Positions 37,983 to 48,802 of a stretch of 64,000 bases of DNA are shown here, one piece after another. The stretch covers positions 1,216,001 through 1,280,000 of the forward strand of contig CP009479.1 of the NCBI GenBank assembly GCA_000965745.1. Reading direction: 5' to 3'. The stretch comes from an uncultured archaeon (GTDB taxonomy: Archaea; Thermoplasmatota; Thermoplasmata; Thermoplasmatales; Thermoplasmataceae). The position numbers were made by a program, and so were the translations under genes. The notes below the pieces were generated by a model. It searched no databases. It was not told the DNA's origin and saw only the letters and a program-made list of their open reading frames with translations. Numbering within the stretch: the stretch's first letter is position 1; each line of letters starts with the position of its first letter.

Positions 37983-39757
37983 TCACTCCTTGTCTCTTCC
38001 TTCATTTCATGTTCGGGGGCAGCAGCATTTCCACTATAGAAGTTCTGCCTCTGGTGATAATATCCTATAGCAAACATTCCCTGCTCATGCAGATCCATGT
38101 GATTAGGGAATGAACCAATGTTGCTCAATATCTCACCAATGGTTTTTTCAAACCATATTACCATCCCTTTGGAATCAATTTTGGCAAGATGGTGGTTTTT
38201 CAGGCGCAATAATGTGGGGAAAACGCTCTCGGGGGAAGTGCAAGCAGCTCCATAGTATCTCTGTCTGATGGTTGCATTTAAATTTGGACTGGCCTTTTCC
38301 TGAATTCTCTCAAGAGTAGCAAACAATCTCCCTACATGATATCCAGTTGACTGCTGGTCTTTGTCAAGTGCCATTTTTATCTCCTCGAATCTTCTGTCAG
38401 GATTGAACTCGTAGTATCTATTTAAATATGCCTTTATTGTTGCTGCTCGAACTCTTTTAACTCTGTAATCTGTGTCAGCACGGATTCTGTTCAGTGCGAG
38501 CTGCAGAAGCATGGACGGGTAAGCAGTGCCGCCGAGTATGGATCTCATAAGATCTCCTGCCACAGATGGTGGCAATCTATCTTTATCGTCCCTTGGTGAA
38601 ATGTATTTTAGTATGGATTGCAATGAATAGTATTCCGGATCTTTAGGTCCGCCGATTATAGCGAAGTCATCGAAATACTGCTTTATTCTTTGTGAGAACA
38701 CCGAAACTTTCCCCGGCTCCCAAAAGCGAACAGCAATTCTGGCAGCGTTAGGGGAAAGTCCCAGAACATAGAAATTGGGATCTTCGCTTTCTTTTATGTA
38801 CGCTCCTGATTTCACGGAATCAAAAAGCTCGCGAACAACACTTGCACCGGAATCAGGGTCTAACCTCTCCGGTTCCTGGAAAAATGATGCAAGATTATGT
38901 TCTAGATTGCTCTCTTTGCTCGCCCAGAATACAGTGTGGGAATCACCGACAAGCATTCTCTGATTTCCCGATTTCAATAGCATATTCAGGGCGGTTGTGT
39001 ACGCAAATTCTGTGGATCTGATTATCGGGGCATTTGCCCCCTGCTGCTTACCATAGGAGTCATAGCCCTGCCCTTTCTGAAAGCTTATGAGAACCCTGGA
39101 ATCCTTGGTTATTGGGGTACTGCCGTGTATTCTGGCAATAGGCCCCTCCTCGCCTGTTACGAGGCAGGTTACAACATCTTCGTTAGAACCATTTCCATCC
39201 ATGCTCATTTGGCGCATTATGTATTCTCTAGCAGTGGTGCTCGATGGTATAGGCACAGTTTCACTCTTCAGCCTGAATGTAATGTTGCATCCTGGGATTT
39301 TCTGGCATTCAACAAATTCTGAAGTTGATTTAACGCTGGAAACACCGTTTCTTTCGTAGAACTTCAGAATGGCTTCGATATAAGCCCCATCGCCCACTTT
39401 CCCCTTTAGCTGTCTTAATCCGGCCAACCAGGATTCATGCTGCTTCGCAGCCAGTTCTTTATCCTTCTGGCTATTATCACGCGGCTCACCTAATACATAC
39501 CCGATGTGATCCCAAAGGAAGTTTGTTTTTTCATAGCTCCTCTTTCCGGATCTTGCAACCGATCTCGGAAGAAGGAATCTCTTAGCTTTAAGGCTCTTTC
39601 CATGAGTTTCTCTGGTATCCTCCAGATTTATGAAGTTACCCCGGCGGTCAATTACGATCAGGAAAGGCAGATCCTTCCACTCAAAACCATTTAATGGAAC
39701 CTCACTTCCCTCCTCAGCTTTTCGGTCATAATACTGTTTCAACGCCTGTAATATCAT
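37979..39757 (-). CDS. cas8c: Cas8c (Csd1)
   Basis: MILQALKQYYDR, LGLSPNAARIAVRFW, GRLFATLERIQ, FAIGYYHQ. Confidence 0.95.
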   Translation of the reverse strand: MILQALKQYYDRKAEEGSEVPLNGFEWKDLPFLIVIDRRGNFINLEDTRETHGKSLKAKRFLLPRSVARSGKRSYEKTNFLWDHIGYVLGEPRDNSQKDKELAAKQHESWLAGLRQLKGKVGDGAYIEAILKFYERNGVSSVKSTSEFVECQKIPGCNITFRLKSETVPIPSSTTAREYIMRQMSMDGNGSNEDVVTCLVTGEEGPIARIHGSTPITKDSRVLISFQKGQGYDSYGKQQGANAPIIRSTEFAYTTALNMLLKSGNQRMLVGDSHTVFWASKESNLEHNLASFFQEPERLDPDSGASVVRELFDSVKSGAYIKESEDPNFYVLGLSPNAARIAVRFWEPGKVSVFSQRIKQYFDDFAIIGGPKDPEYYSLQSILKYISPRDDKDRLPPSVAGDLMRSILGGTAYPSMLLQLALNRIRADTDYRVKRVRAATIKAYLNRYYEFNPDRRFEEIKMALDKDQQSTGYHVGRLFATLERIQEKASPNLNATIRQRYYGAACTSPESVFPTLLRLKNHHLAKIDSKGMVIWFEKTIGEILSNIGSFPNHMDLHEQGMFAIGYYHQRQNFYSGNAAAPEHEMKEETRSD

Positions 39758-40473
39758 CCTATGACCTGCACTCCCCGTCTATCGGTATTTATAATTCCCT
39801 TCTCCATGACCGCCCTGAAGAATAGGGGAGGAGGAGATTCCCGATTCTGCTCAAAATTCATGTCGTAAAGCATGAAACCCAGATCCCTGTACTCATTTAT
39901 GGGTGTAGAAGGATCAACTTCCGGATCTACAAGCCTGAAATAACATGAAAATTCGCGTGTGCCCAGGTAAGGCCTGTGGAAGCACTGCCCTTTACTTGCT
40001 CGCCTTTCAAACATGGCAGCATACTTCTCCTCACTTTCATCGTTTCTCACTGAAGACTCGTCTGATTTTGCCTCTGCAGTTTCTGTTGATTTCGTTTGGC
40101 CTTCTTCAGGGAGAAAGTCAAAATATCCATGTATACGGTATTTCACATCCTTAAGGCAGAGGGATGCACGCTGCTGGCGTGCCTCTTCTATATATATACC
40201 ATCAGGAATACCAACCTCGCCACGTATCTGTCTGGCAGTGGGAGGCGAAATAGTCTTTCCAACTTCGTTTCTCCTGATCGATACAAATTTTATTGGGTTC
40301 AGTACTTCTATCTTCGTTATATTCCATTTAATTGAGGGTTTCCATAGGACAGCTTCAAATATTGCTCTTGCCGCTGATGGAGTGATCACATCATAGCTCA
40401 CCCTCTCTACCTTCATCTCAGGTCTTGTGAAACAGGCGTAATCCCCCCAAATCTCAAGACACCAGTCTTTCAT
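39754..40473 (-). CDS. cas5: Cas5d (crRNA-processing Cas5)
   Basis: GDYACFTRPEMKVERVSYDVITPSAAR, PYLGTREF. Confidence 0.96.
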   Translation of the reverse strand: MKDWCLEIWGDYACFTRPEMKVERVSYDVITPSAARAIFEAVLWKPSIKWNITKIEVLNPIKFVSIRRNEVGKTISPPTARQIRGEVGIPDGIYIEEARQQRASLCLKDVKYRIHGYFDFLPEEGQTKSTETAEAKSDESSVRNDESEEKYAAMFERRASKGQCFHRPYLGTREFSCYFRLVDPEVDPSTPINEYRDLGFMLYDMNFEQNRESPPPLFFRAVMEKGIINTDRRGVQVIG

Positions 40474-40483
40474 CGTTCAGCTC

Positions 40484-42772
40484 CTACTGGAGAATATACC
40501 TTTCAACATCATATAAAACTTCTTCAACCATCAATCCCAAATTCTCATCATAATCAAAGCTGGAGGTGAGAGCAAATATACCGGGTTGGACCTCCTCCAC
40601 TGAACCTTTGGCTAATAACTTCTCGAATTCAGGATTGTATATATTTACGGTATAACGTTGAAGTCTTCTTATCAGCTTTCTGTCTGCTCCATTCATTTTC
40701 AGCTCTTCTACTAAATCATCACTCTCCCCATATCTGACTATCACGGTTTTTTGAACAGAGTCATCTATTATGTGAAACATATTCGAGGCAGTTCTGAAAG
40801 AAATTCCAAACTCGGGCCTATCCGGTGAAAGCAAATTCATAATCCCTCTATCATCAAATGAATTGACTTTCCAGTATAACTCAGAAAAGAAACGATTGAA
40901 TGCTTCAGGGACCAGGGGATTCTCCTTTATATCGGAAACAAATTCTAAAGTCGTACTCTCAGCTTTCCTGAGTATGCCGGCAGGCGGATGCCTTGGGCCA
41001 TTGAAAACTACAACCTTGCCCGCCTCATTCATAAGGCCTTCTCTATTGCACCTCCCTGCTGCCTGTGCTATTGAATCCAGTCCAGACATTGCCCTGTAAA
41101 CAACCGGAAAATCGACATCAACTCCCGCTTCTATCAGTTGCGTACTTATGACCCTGACTCGTTCACCCTCCCTTAGCCTATCTTTTATTTCTGCTATTTT
41201 CCTGCTCCTATGTTCACCACACATAAGGGCCGAAAGGTGGTAGGTTCCTTCTGGCATGAGCCTGTACAATTCCCGGCAACTCTTCCTGTCGGAGACAATG
41301 CACAACACCTGTTCGTGAAGTTTCAACTCATATGAAATTTCCTCCCAGGTCTTCTTTGAATGAAGGTCATCGGGTAAACTGACATCCACTCTCCTGATCT
41401 TTTCAAAGATTTCAGAGACTTCTCCACCCATTATTTCAGTGATGCCTTTAAACCCTGGAAAGAGTCCGTTGGTGGATTCGTGCTCTACCAAAGCAGGCTG
41501 GGTTGCAGTTGATAATAGTATAGTTACACCGTAGTGCTCCACAAGAAGTTTTAAAGTAGCCATTATGGGCCCAAGAAGCTGGATAGGCAATAACTGGGCC
41601 TCGTCAAAAATTACAACTGAGTTGACAATATTATGCAACTTTCTGCATTTGCTGGATTTGTGGGAGAACAATGATTCGAAAAACTGGACGGATGTGGTAA
41701 TTACAAACGGGGCATCCCAATTTTCCGTTGCCAGCCTGGCTTTAGGGGTTGTGTCTTCTTCGGATATGTTTGAGTGATGTTCAATAACGTTGTCATCACC
41801 CAGTACTCTGCGGAAAACCCCTGCATTCTGCTCAATTATGCTGGTGAACGGGATTACATATATTACGCGGTCCATCTTGTTAATTTCCGCATGATTGAGG
41901 GCAAAAGCAAGGCTGGAAAGCGTTTTTCCGCCACCAGTGGGGACTGTAAGTGAGAAAACCCCGCGGGGCATATTTGCAGCCTCTGCGCAGCGCTGCCTGA
42001 CACATTTTCTGATACGGTTAACTGCTCTATCCTTTGCGCCAGCCTCAAATTCCTCCATGTAGTTGTTGTATTTAACAAGCAAAGCTTCGAGACTGGCGCT
42101 CCCGCCTCTAATTTCTGATTTTAAACTATCCATGTATGATTCTGTATCAAGAAAATCCGCGTCTACTAAACTGGAAAACAGCATTCTGATCCATAATGAC
42201 AGATCAAGTTTATTGTCAAAGGCCCACCCGGGTCGTGGAAGTTCTGGCAGATCGAGGCTGTGGAGCAGATCTTTGTCCAAACCGTCAATAGTAAGCGATT
42301 TCTCTAACTGATACTTTAATGAGGAGGCGGCACTGAGTGATGTGGACCAGTCGGGAAGGCCGGTGTGGTGACCCGCAATGCCGTATGAAATGAGCCTTCC
42401 TTCGAATGGGTATTTTTGCTCAGCGTAAACCGCCCCGTATATGGCATGTGGTATTTTGCCATTCTTACCCTCCAAATGGGCTTCAGGTTCAAATCCACTT
42501 TTTGTCCTCAAATAGTTTTGCCACTCGGCGCGACTCTTTCCTAAATCGTGCAATAAACCCATGGCCTCAGCCCAAGGCCCAGAGCCAAATTTATCTGCGA
42601 AAGTCCCAGCCAGTCTTCCAGTTCCGACTAGGTGTTCTATCAATGGATGCGGACTATCCCATAACCCGTCACCTTTCTGATGCACATGTGCTATCAATCT
42701 TTCTTTATTAATCCCAGAATCTCCACCAACAAAACTCATCTGAAAGACCCCTGTAGACCTGAGTATAGGCAC
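40484..42772 (-). CDS. cas3: Cas3 HD nuclease-helicase
   Basis: LHDLGK, DADFLDT, PTGGGKT, DEAQ, QAAGRCNR; true start may be ATG 42739. Confidence 0.96.
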   Translation of the reverse strand: MPILRSTGVFQMSFVGGDSGINKERLIAHVHQKGDGLWDSPHPLIEHLVGTGRLAGTFADKFGSGPWAEAMGLLHDLGKSRAEWQNYLRTKSGFEPEAHLEGKNGKIPHAIYGAVYAEQKYPFEGRLISYGIAGHHTGLPDWSTSLSAASSLKYQLEKSLTIDGLDKDLLHSLDLPELPRPGWAFDNKLDLSLWIRMLFSSLVDADFLDTESYMDSLKSEIRGGSASLEALLVKYNNYMEEFEAGAKDRAVNRIRKCVRQRCAEAANMPRGVFSLTVPTGGGKTLSSLAFALNHAEINKMDRVIYVIPFTSIIEQNAGVFRRVLGDDNVIEHHSNISEEDTTPKARLATENWDAPFVITTSVQFFESLFSHKSSKCRKLHNIVNSVVIFDEAQLLPIQLLGPIMATLKLLVEHYGVTILLSTATQPALVEHESTNGLFPGFKGITEIMGGEVSEIFEKIRRVDVSLPDDLHSKKTWEEISYELKLHEQVLCIVSDRKSCRELYRLMPEGTYHLSALMCGEHRSRKIAEIKDRLREGERVRVISTQLIEAGVDVDFPVVYRAMSGLDSIAQAAGRCNREGLMNEAGKVVVFNGPRHPPAGILRKAESTTLEFVSDIKENPLVPEAFNRFFSELYWKVNSFDDRGIMNLLSPDRPEFGISFRTASNMFHIIDDSVQKTVIVRYGESDDLVEELKMNGADRKLIRRLQRYTVNIYNPEFEKLLAKGSVEEVQPGIFALTSSFDYDENLGLMVEEVLYDVERYILQ

Positions 42773-42866
42773 TTGAAAGTCTTTTAAGGTTACGGTTTAA
42801 ATGTCACGTTGAAATTTCGATGAGAATTAGCGTTAATGTGCAGATATTGCTTCTATGAAAGAAGTC

Positions 42867-43082
42867 CTACAGATCCTGCAAACCCTCCATTCTCAAATAC
42901 TTTCTTTTCGTGATCCATTCCTCATTCATGTCCATCAATATCGCTCCAGCAAGCCTAATAAAAGAATTCCATGATGGAAATTCGTTTACTCTCATTGCTC
43001 TTCTCATGGTCTCATAATTCAAGCCCCAACTCATGTTTGTTGCCTGCGTCCTAATCAGTGCTAATTGCATACTGTCATTCAC
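42867..43082 (-). pseudogene. IS256-family transposase C-terminal remnant
   Basis: ETMRRAMRVNEFPSWNSFIRLAGAILMDMNEEW...KYL resembles the IS256 tail (RRTRVVGIFPN...RLVGA...EEW); rest missing or decayed. Confidence 0.75.
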
Positions 43083-43400
43083 ATCATCAACATTCTACGA
43101 AGTAATTATTTTGAGGATCTTGTATGGGATGCTCTTCAGGATCGTCTGCATAATCAGACTTCAACAATTCATATGGAAATCAGTAGAATTTCGGATTTTG
43201 TCCTTATCATGATATTTAATGACTAAATCATAACAGAACCCAGACTTCTATGCTTATTCGCGAGTCCTTATGATAAACATAGGGCAAAATCTACCCACAG
43301 TAAAGTGAAGAGAGCCATCTTTTAAAAACCTAGTAAGGTGTCTTATTTTTCAATGTGGGTAGAATTAGTATTAATATTGTATTCGAATAGAAAAACATAG

Positions 43401-43485
43401 TGCGGAGGGCCGGATTTGAACCGGCGTATCCCTTCGGAAACAGATCTTGAGTCTGTCGCATTTGACCTAGCTCTGCTACCTCCGC
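43401..43485 (-). tRNA. tRNA-Leu(CAA)
   Basis: Reverse complement GCGGAGG...ACAGA-CTCAAGA-TCTGT, long variable arm, GGTTCAAATCC...CCTCCGCA. Confidence 0.95.
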
Positions 43486-43542
43486 CTGCAACGTTTATTG
43501 GGTTGTGATTAATTTTATTTTGCTTCTCTGCCTACTCTGACA

Positions 43543-43788
43543 TTGGTGAAGGATTCAAAGAAAGGAAAAATAGAGTTCGACCTTTCAGTCGATGTTGATC
43601 CTGAAACATGCGAGATGATACGAAAATCGCTCAATCCAGATAACGACCCAAATATAACTATGGTATGTTCAGGGGGAAAACTGAGCGTTAATGTAAGAAA
43701 CCTCAAAATTAGTTCCCTGTACAATATAACGGACGATATTCTAAGATGCTATGAAACTTCAAAAAAAATAGTAGATGGAAGGATTTAG
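43543..43788 (+). CDS. Possible KEOPS Pcc1-like protein
   Basis: Size and IRKSLNPDN...[12 protein letters not shown] pattern resemble Pcc1. Confidence 0.55.
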   Translation: MVKDSKKGKIEFDLSVDVDPETCEMIRKSLNPDNDPNITMVCSGGKLSVNVRNLKISSLYNITDDILRCYETSKKIVDGRI

Positions 43789-44747
43789 GCTTCCAGTTCC
43801 TGTTCCACTTTCAGGTCGAGCTTTTCTGTAAGCTCTTTGTATCTGTTTCTTATGGTCACTTCAGTAACGCCCGCGACTTCAGCAACAGCGCGCTGTGTCC
43901 TTCTCTCTTCTGTGAGAAGTGACGCGATATATATCGCAGCAGCAGCCACCCCTGTAGGACCTTTTCCAGATGTCAGATCAGAGTCTTCAGCCATCTTCAG
44001 GATCTCAGATGCCTTTTTCCTGGCATCCATTGAAAGCTTCAGCTTGCTGCAGAACCTGTTGACGTAATCTTCAGGCTTTGAAGGCATAATGTTAAGCTTC
44101 AGATACCTGCTCATTATCCTGTAGGTTCTACCTATCTCCTTCTTCTTAACTCTTGTAACAGCAGCGATCTCGTCAAGTGTTCTCGGAACGTTCGTTATTC
44201 TGCACGCAGCGTATATTGCACCTGCTACGACTCCCTCGATGCTCCTTCCTCTTATCATGTTCTGCTTCACTGCTTTCCTGTAAATTACAGCTGCAGTCTC
44301 ACGGACATCATTGGGTATGCTAAGGTTGGATGCCATTCTCTCAAGCTCCTGAAGGGCCTGAGAAAGGTTCCTCTCAGCGGCATTGGATACCTTGATCCTC
44401 TTCTGCCATTTCCTAAGCCTGTAAAGCTGGGCTCTGTTTCTGGTCGGGATGGATTTCCCGTATGAGTCTTTGTTCTTCCATGATATATCTGTCGACAATC
44501 CCTTGTCGTGGATTGTGAAAGTCATAGGAGATCCCGCTCTTGCCCTGCTCTCATTCTGCTCGGAATCGAAAGCTCTCCACTCGGGTCCCTGATCGATATA
44601 GCTTTCGTCGATAACTATACCGCAGTTGTTACATATGAGCTCACCTCGCTCATAGTCTCTTACGAGTTGGGTAGAACTGCATTCTGGGCATCTGGTTATT
44701 TCATCAATATTTTCTTTTTTCTTCTTCTCTGTTTCTGTCATACTCAA
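43785..44747 (-). CDS. tfb: Transcription initiation factor IIB (paralog 1)
   Basis: Zn ribbon CPEC...CNNC, GPEWRAF, cyclin repeats, [13 protein letters not shown]. Confidence 0.97.
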   Translation of the reverse strand: MSMTETEKKKKENIDEITRCPECSSTQLVRDYERGELICNNCGIVIDESYIDQGPEWRAFDSEQNESRARAGSPMTFTIHDKGLSTDISWKNKDSYGKSIPTRNRAQLYRLRKWQKRIKVSNAAERNLSQALQELERMASNLSIPNDVRETAAVIYRKAVKQNMIRGRSIEGVVAGAIYAACRITNVPRTLDEIAAVTRVKKKEIGRTYRIMSRYLKLNIMPSKPEDYVNRFCSKLKLSMDARKKASEILKMAEDSDLTSGKGPTGVAAAAIYIASLLTEERRTQRAVAEVAGVTEVTIRNRYKELTEKLDLKVEQELEA

Positions 44748-44754
44748 CCACCAT

Positions 44755-44967
44755 TCACCTCGTATACACTTCTTCGACGTCCCTCATAGACGGGGCGTCC
44801 AGTTTAACCACACCATAGGGTTCGGCTACAGGTCCAAGAATCCGTACAACTTTCCCTATCTTCTTTCCGCTTGAGTCATAAACCTTCTCGTACATCTTTA
44901 GCATTTCTGGAATTCGCACGAGAATTTCGTTAGTAAATCTATTAACGACGACGCAGCGGTTCTTCAT
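44755..44967 (-). CDS. gar1: H/ACA RNP protein Gar1-like
   Basis: [23 protein letters not shown]; usual position upstream of tfb. Confidence 0.8.
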   Translation of the reverse strand: MKNRCVVVNRFTNEILVRIPEMLKMYEKVYDSSGKKIGKVVRILGPVAEPYGVVKLDAPSMRDVEEVYTR

Positions 44968-45323
44968 GGTATTACCTATATTTGGTCTAGGTATTTAAGT
45001 ATTTCGAAAAAATATTATGATGTTCTGGAATCATATTAAAGCATTATTACATATAATTGTTTGATTTGAGAAATGCTTCTCTTCCATCTCTATCAACATT
45101 TAGCCATCCTTGCATTGGCATGAAGCTATGTCATCAGGGGTGGAACTATTTTACTAACTAATTGGTTATAATAAAACGCTTATTTAATAGTTTCTTTCGC
45201 ATTGAAAAAATAACTATCGCAATTACAAAAGGAAGCGCGCTATATACACTAACAGAAAATCAAAAAGGTTTAATATTTACTTTAATGTAGTTGAGAAGTA
45301 AGCTTGCTGTTGTAGGTGTTCAA

Positions 45324-46259
45324 ATGGAATCTGAAAGTGGAGATAGTATTCAAAAGCGATGCTCAGAGTGTAATTCTGAGCATCTAGTTAGGGATTATGA
45401 AAGAGGAGAGTTGCTTTGTAATGATTGTGGAATGGTTCTTGAGGACTCCTTTATAGACCAGGGACCGGAATGGCGTGCATTTGATTCTGAACAGGACGAC
45501 AGAAGGGCCAGGACAGGGTCCCCGATGACATTTTTGAGCCATGACAAGGGTCTGGCCACAGAAATATCCTGGTCAAACAAGGATTATTATGGAAAGAGAA
45601 TTCCACATAAGAACAGGGCACAGATATACCGAGTAAGAAAGTGGCATCAGAGAATAAGGGTAAGCAATGCAGCGGAGAGAAATCTTTCACTGGCGCTGCA
45701 GATGCTTAACGACAACGGTGCCAAACTTGGAATACCGAAGGACATAAAAGAAACTGCCGCGCTGATATACAGGAAGGCAGTTGAAAAGAATCTCATCAGG
45801 GGAAGAAGCATAGAGAGTATTGTTTGTGCTTCTGTATATGCTGCATGCAGAAAGGTCAACCTCCCAAGGACGCTTGACGAAATATCAAAGGCCTCTGAAG
45901 TAAACAAGAAGAAGATTGGAAAAGCCTATAGGCACCTCGCAAAAGAGCTAAACCTGAACCTCAAGCCAACAACACCATACTCTTACGTTGCTCAGTTCTG
46001 CAGCAAGCTTGAACTTGACAAACAGGCAATCGTACTGAGCGAGGACATTGTCAGGAAATCCATTGAACTTGGAATATCTTCTGGCAAAGGGCCAACCGGT
46101 GTCGCAGCCGCATCCATATATATAGCTTCGGTAGTGGTGGGCAAACCCAGGACCCAGAAAGAAATCGCGAGGGTCTCGGGAGTAACTGAAGTTACCATCA
46201 GGAATCGTTATAAAGAAATTAGCAAGGCCTTGGGCTTGCCCGGAATAGACACGTCCTGA
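45324..46259 (+). CDS. tfb: Transcription initiation factor IIB (paralog 2)
   Basis: CSEC...[24 protein letters not shown]; AGGTG SD before ATG 45324. Confidence 0.97.
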   Translation: MESESGDSIQKRCSECNSEHLVRDYERGELLCNDCGMVLEDSFIDQGPEWRAFDSEQDDRRARTGSPMTFLSHDKGLATEISWSNKDYYGKRIPHKNRAQIYRVRKWHQRIRVSNAAERNLSLALQMLNDNGAKLGIPKDIKETAALIYRKAVEKNLIRGRSIESIVCASVYAACRKVNLPRTLDEISKASEVNKKKIGKAYRHLAKELNLNLKPTTPYSYVAQFCSKLELDKQAIVLSEDIVRKSIELGISSGKGPTGVAAASIYIASVVVGKPRTQKEIARVSGVTEVTIRNRYKEISKALGLPGIDTS

Positions 46260-46265
46260 GGCCGA

Positions 46266-46841
46266 ATGAAGATTTACGTAATAGACAACGGGGGACAATG
46301 GACTCACAGGGAATGGAGGGTTCTCAGAAACCTTGGCGTGGACTCCAAGATTGTCCCCAACACCACACCTGCAGAAGAGCTGAAGGAGCTTGACGGCCTG
46401 GTCCTTTCTGGAGGGGCCCCAAGCATAGTTTCTGAACTCGATAAACTGGGAAACGTAAAAGAATACCTTTCAACGCTGGACTATCCTATCTTTGGAATCT
46501 GCGTGGGAGCACAATTCATAGCACTAAACTTCGATGGAGACGTAGGGCCGGGGGAAACTCCTGAATTCGGCCGGACCGAGGTATTCTTTGATGATACCGG
46601 GGGAATCTTCACAGGGCTCCCACAAATGATTGTAGCATGGGAAAACCACAACGATGAAATCAAGAATCTCAATGATGAATTCATTATTGCTGGTTACTCC
46701 AAAACGTGCAAAATCCAGGCTTTTTACCATAAAACAAGGCCCATATACGGCGTTCAGTTCCATCCGGAGGTCAGCAACACAGAATTCGGCGAGGAAATCT
46801 TCAAGAATTTTGTGCAAGAATGCAAGTCCCGGAAGATCTGA
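46266..46841 (+). CDS. guaAA: GMP synthase glutaminase subunit A
   Basis: DNGGQWTHR, GICVG, QFHPEV. Confidence 0.93.
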   Translation: MKIYVIDNGGQWTHREWRVLRNLGVDSKIVPNTTPAEELKELDGLVLSGGAPSIVSELDKLGNVKEYLSTLDYPIFGICVGAQFIALNFDGDVGPGETPEFGRTEVFFDDTGGIFTGLPQMIVAWENHNDEIKNLNDEFIIAGYSKTCKIQAFYHKTRPIYGVQFHPEVSNTEFGEEIFKNFVQECKSRKI

Positions 46842-46883
46842 ATCTTCCCAAGATTTATATTTAAATATAATTTTACTGTGTGA

Positions 46884-47141
46884 ATGGAAATGTTGGCCGA
46901 GGTAACAGAACTGCTGGGAACTGAAGTTTACAGCGACAAGGGCATTCTTGTGGGGACTATCACCGATATAATCCTTGACATGGAGACGCAGTTCATACAC
47001 GGTCTCTTCATAGAACGATCAAACCCCTCCCTTGTGGAAGGCGGCGCATCAATTTCCGTGCCTTACAGGTGGATAAAGGCCATAGGGGAAATAATACTTC
47101 TGAAAAAGTTTCCCGAATTCGTGAAGATTGGAACCGAGTGA
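46884..47141 (+). CDS. PRC-barrel domain protein
   Basis: ELLGTEVYSDKGILVGTITDI, VPYRWIKAIGEIILL. Confidence 0.88.
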   Translation: MEMLAEVTELLGTEVYSDKGILVGTITDIILDMETQFIHGLFIERSNPSLVEGGASISVPYRWIKAIGEIILLKKFPEFVKIGTE

Positions 47142-47143
47142 CC

Positions 47144-48802
47144 TTATCTGTGAAGGAAGTAAGCGGTTCCGCTTCCATCAACTATGTTAACGTAACCATA
47201 CCTTTCCAGCTGGACGACGCCCTTGGCTTCCTTGATGAGGGGTTCAGCAACCCCGTGATCTACGCTTCCGTCGGGTTTCAGGACTGCAAAATCCCCGGAA
47301 TCATGGGGCGCCCACTGAATTATCTTGGTTTTTGATGGTGGCAGATTGGTTTCCTGGCAATTGGCATAGTTCCCGTTCTTGACAACAGCAGCAAGATCCT
47401 TCAGCCTGATCAGGGAACCATTATCCTGGCTGCCCCAATCCTCGGACGGAACATAAACAACAGGGTCCCGGCCAAGGGTGTATTCCCTTCTTCCCATCTC
47501 CGGATTTGAGGGGTGGTAGAGCATGCTCCCCTTCAGCCCTGATTTGCAGGATATATTCACTTCAACCGGGTCGGGAACGAAGAAGAACCTTCTGGCACCG
47601 GGATCCACAATCTCCTTGTTCATCGAATTGAAAATATCCCATGAAAACTCTGCATCACTTTCCCTTAGTCCAGACTCAATCCAGTACCTGCGAAAAGTGT
47701 CCTTCGAATAGCCCCTTTTCCTCAGTGCACGTATTGTGCCAAGCCTTATGTCATCCCATCCGGTATATTCGCCTCTGCTTATCCCCTGTTTTATTATCGA
47801 GGTCTTGAGAACAACATCAGGCATATTGACCATTCCATAATGGTAGTATTCAGGAACTGCCCAGCCGTTATAGTCGAAAATATACTTCTGCTTGTCCGTA
47901 TTGGTCAGCTGATCCTTGCCCCTCAGGACATGGGTGAGTCCAAGGTAGTGATCATCGACCGCCACGCTGAAGCTCATCATTGGATACACCCTGAACCTGT
48001 CGGCAGTTCTGGGGTGCGGCGCCTCAGAGATCCTGAATGCGATCCAGTCCCTGATGGATGGATTGGGATGCTTCAGGTCCGTTTTGACAACAGCTACCGC
48101 TTCACCCTGGCCGTAAGTACCATCTATCATCTTCCCGAACCTTTCCATGGATTCTTCCGATGGGACATCTCTGTCCGGGCATGCCTTCGACTCAAGCTTG
48201 AATTTCCTGAATTTTTCCTGCGGGCAGAGGCAGACATAAATCTGTCCCGCTTCTATCAGTTTCCTTGCCTCATTATAGTAAAGATCCATCCGGTCAGTCT
48301 GGGGAACGATCTTTGTAACGTTGACCCCGAGCCACTCAAGATCTTCAGGGATCATGGTATAGGCGTCGGGATCCACGTTCGCGGGATTTGTATCTTCCAG
48401 TCTGAGAATGAGTTCTCCACCATACCTTTTGACATACTCGTCGTTAAGGATGGCCATCCTCGAATGCCCAAGGTGAAGTGGCCCTGATGGTGAAGGCGCT
48501 AGCCTCATTACCACTTCACCTTTCACATTTCTAAGGTCCGGAAGCCTGTGCTCCTGCACCTTCCTCTCAACTTCAAGGAACTCAGGGAACTGGGATTTGA
48601 CAATATCATCCAATTTCTCCTTTCCGAGGGCGTTGACCTCGTCAACCACGTCCTTTATGGAAGGTATAAGCGATTTTATCTGCTTCCTGGCTTCAGGAAA
48701 TTCTCCGATTACTTTGCTGATCACCGAACCCTGATCAGCCTTTCCGTCATGCATGAAGGCATTTTTCAGGGCATGCTTCCTTATTGATTCCCTATCGACC
48801 AT
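47144..48802 (-). CDS. gltX: Glutamyl-tRNA synthetase (archaeal)
   Basis: RLAPSPSGPLHLGH, LEDTNP, THVLRGKD, GWDDIRLGT, QLERYGY. Confidence 0.96.
   Translation of the reverse strand: MVDRESIRKHALKNAFMHDGKADQGSVISKVIGEFPEARKQIKSLIPSIKDVVDEVNALGKEKLDDIVKSQFPEFLEVERKVQEHRLPDLRNVKGEVVMRLAPSPSGPLHLGHSRMAILNDEYVKRYGGELILRLEDTNPANVDPDAYTMIPEDLEWLGVNVTKIVPQTDRMDLYYNEARKLIEAGQIYVCLCPQEKFRKFKLESKACPDRDVPSEESMERFGKMIDGTYGQGEAVAVVKTDLKHPNPSIRDWIAFRISEAPHPRTADRFRVYPMMSFSVAVDDHYLGLTHVLRGKDQLTNTDKQKYIFDYNGWAVPEYYHYGMVNMPDVVLKTSIIKQGISRGEYTGWDDIRLGTIRALRKRGYSKDTFRRYWIESGLRESDAEFSWDIFNSMNKEIVDPGARRFFFVPDPVEVNISCKSGLKGSMLYHPSNPEMGRREYTLGRDPVVYVPSEDWGSQDNGSLIRLKDLAAVVKNGNYANCQETNLPPSKTKIIQWAPHDSGDFAVLKPDGSVDHGVAEPLIKEAKGVVQLERYGYVNIVDGSGTAYFLHR

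Noticed and set aside
45135-45146. GTTCCACCCCTG (minus strand) as a possible ORB origin element
   Set aside because: Single partial copy and no cdc6/orc1 nearby
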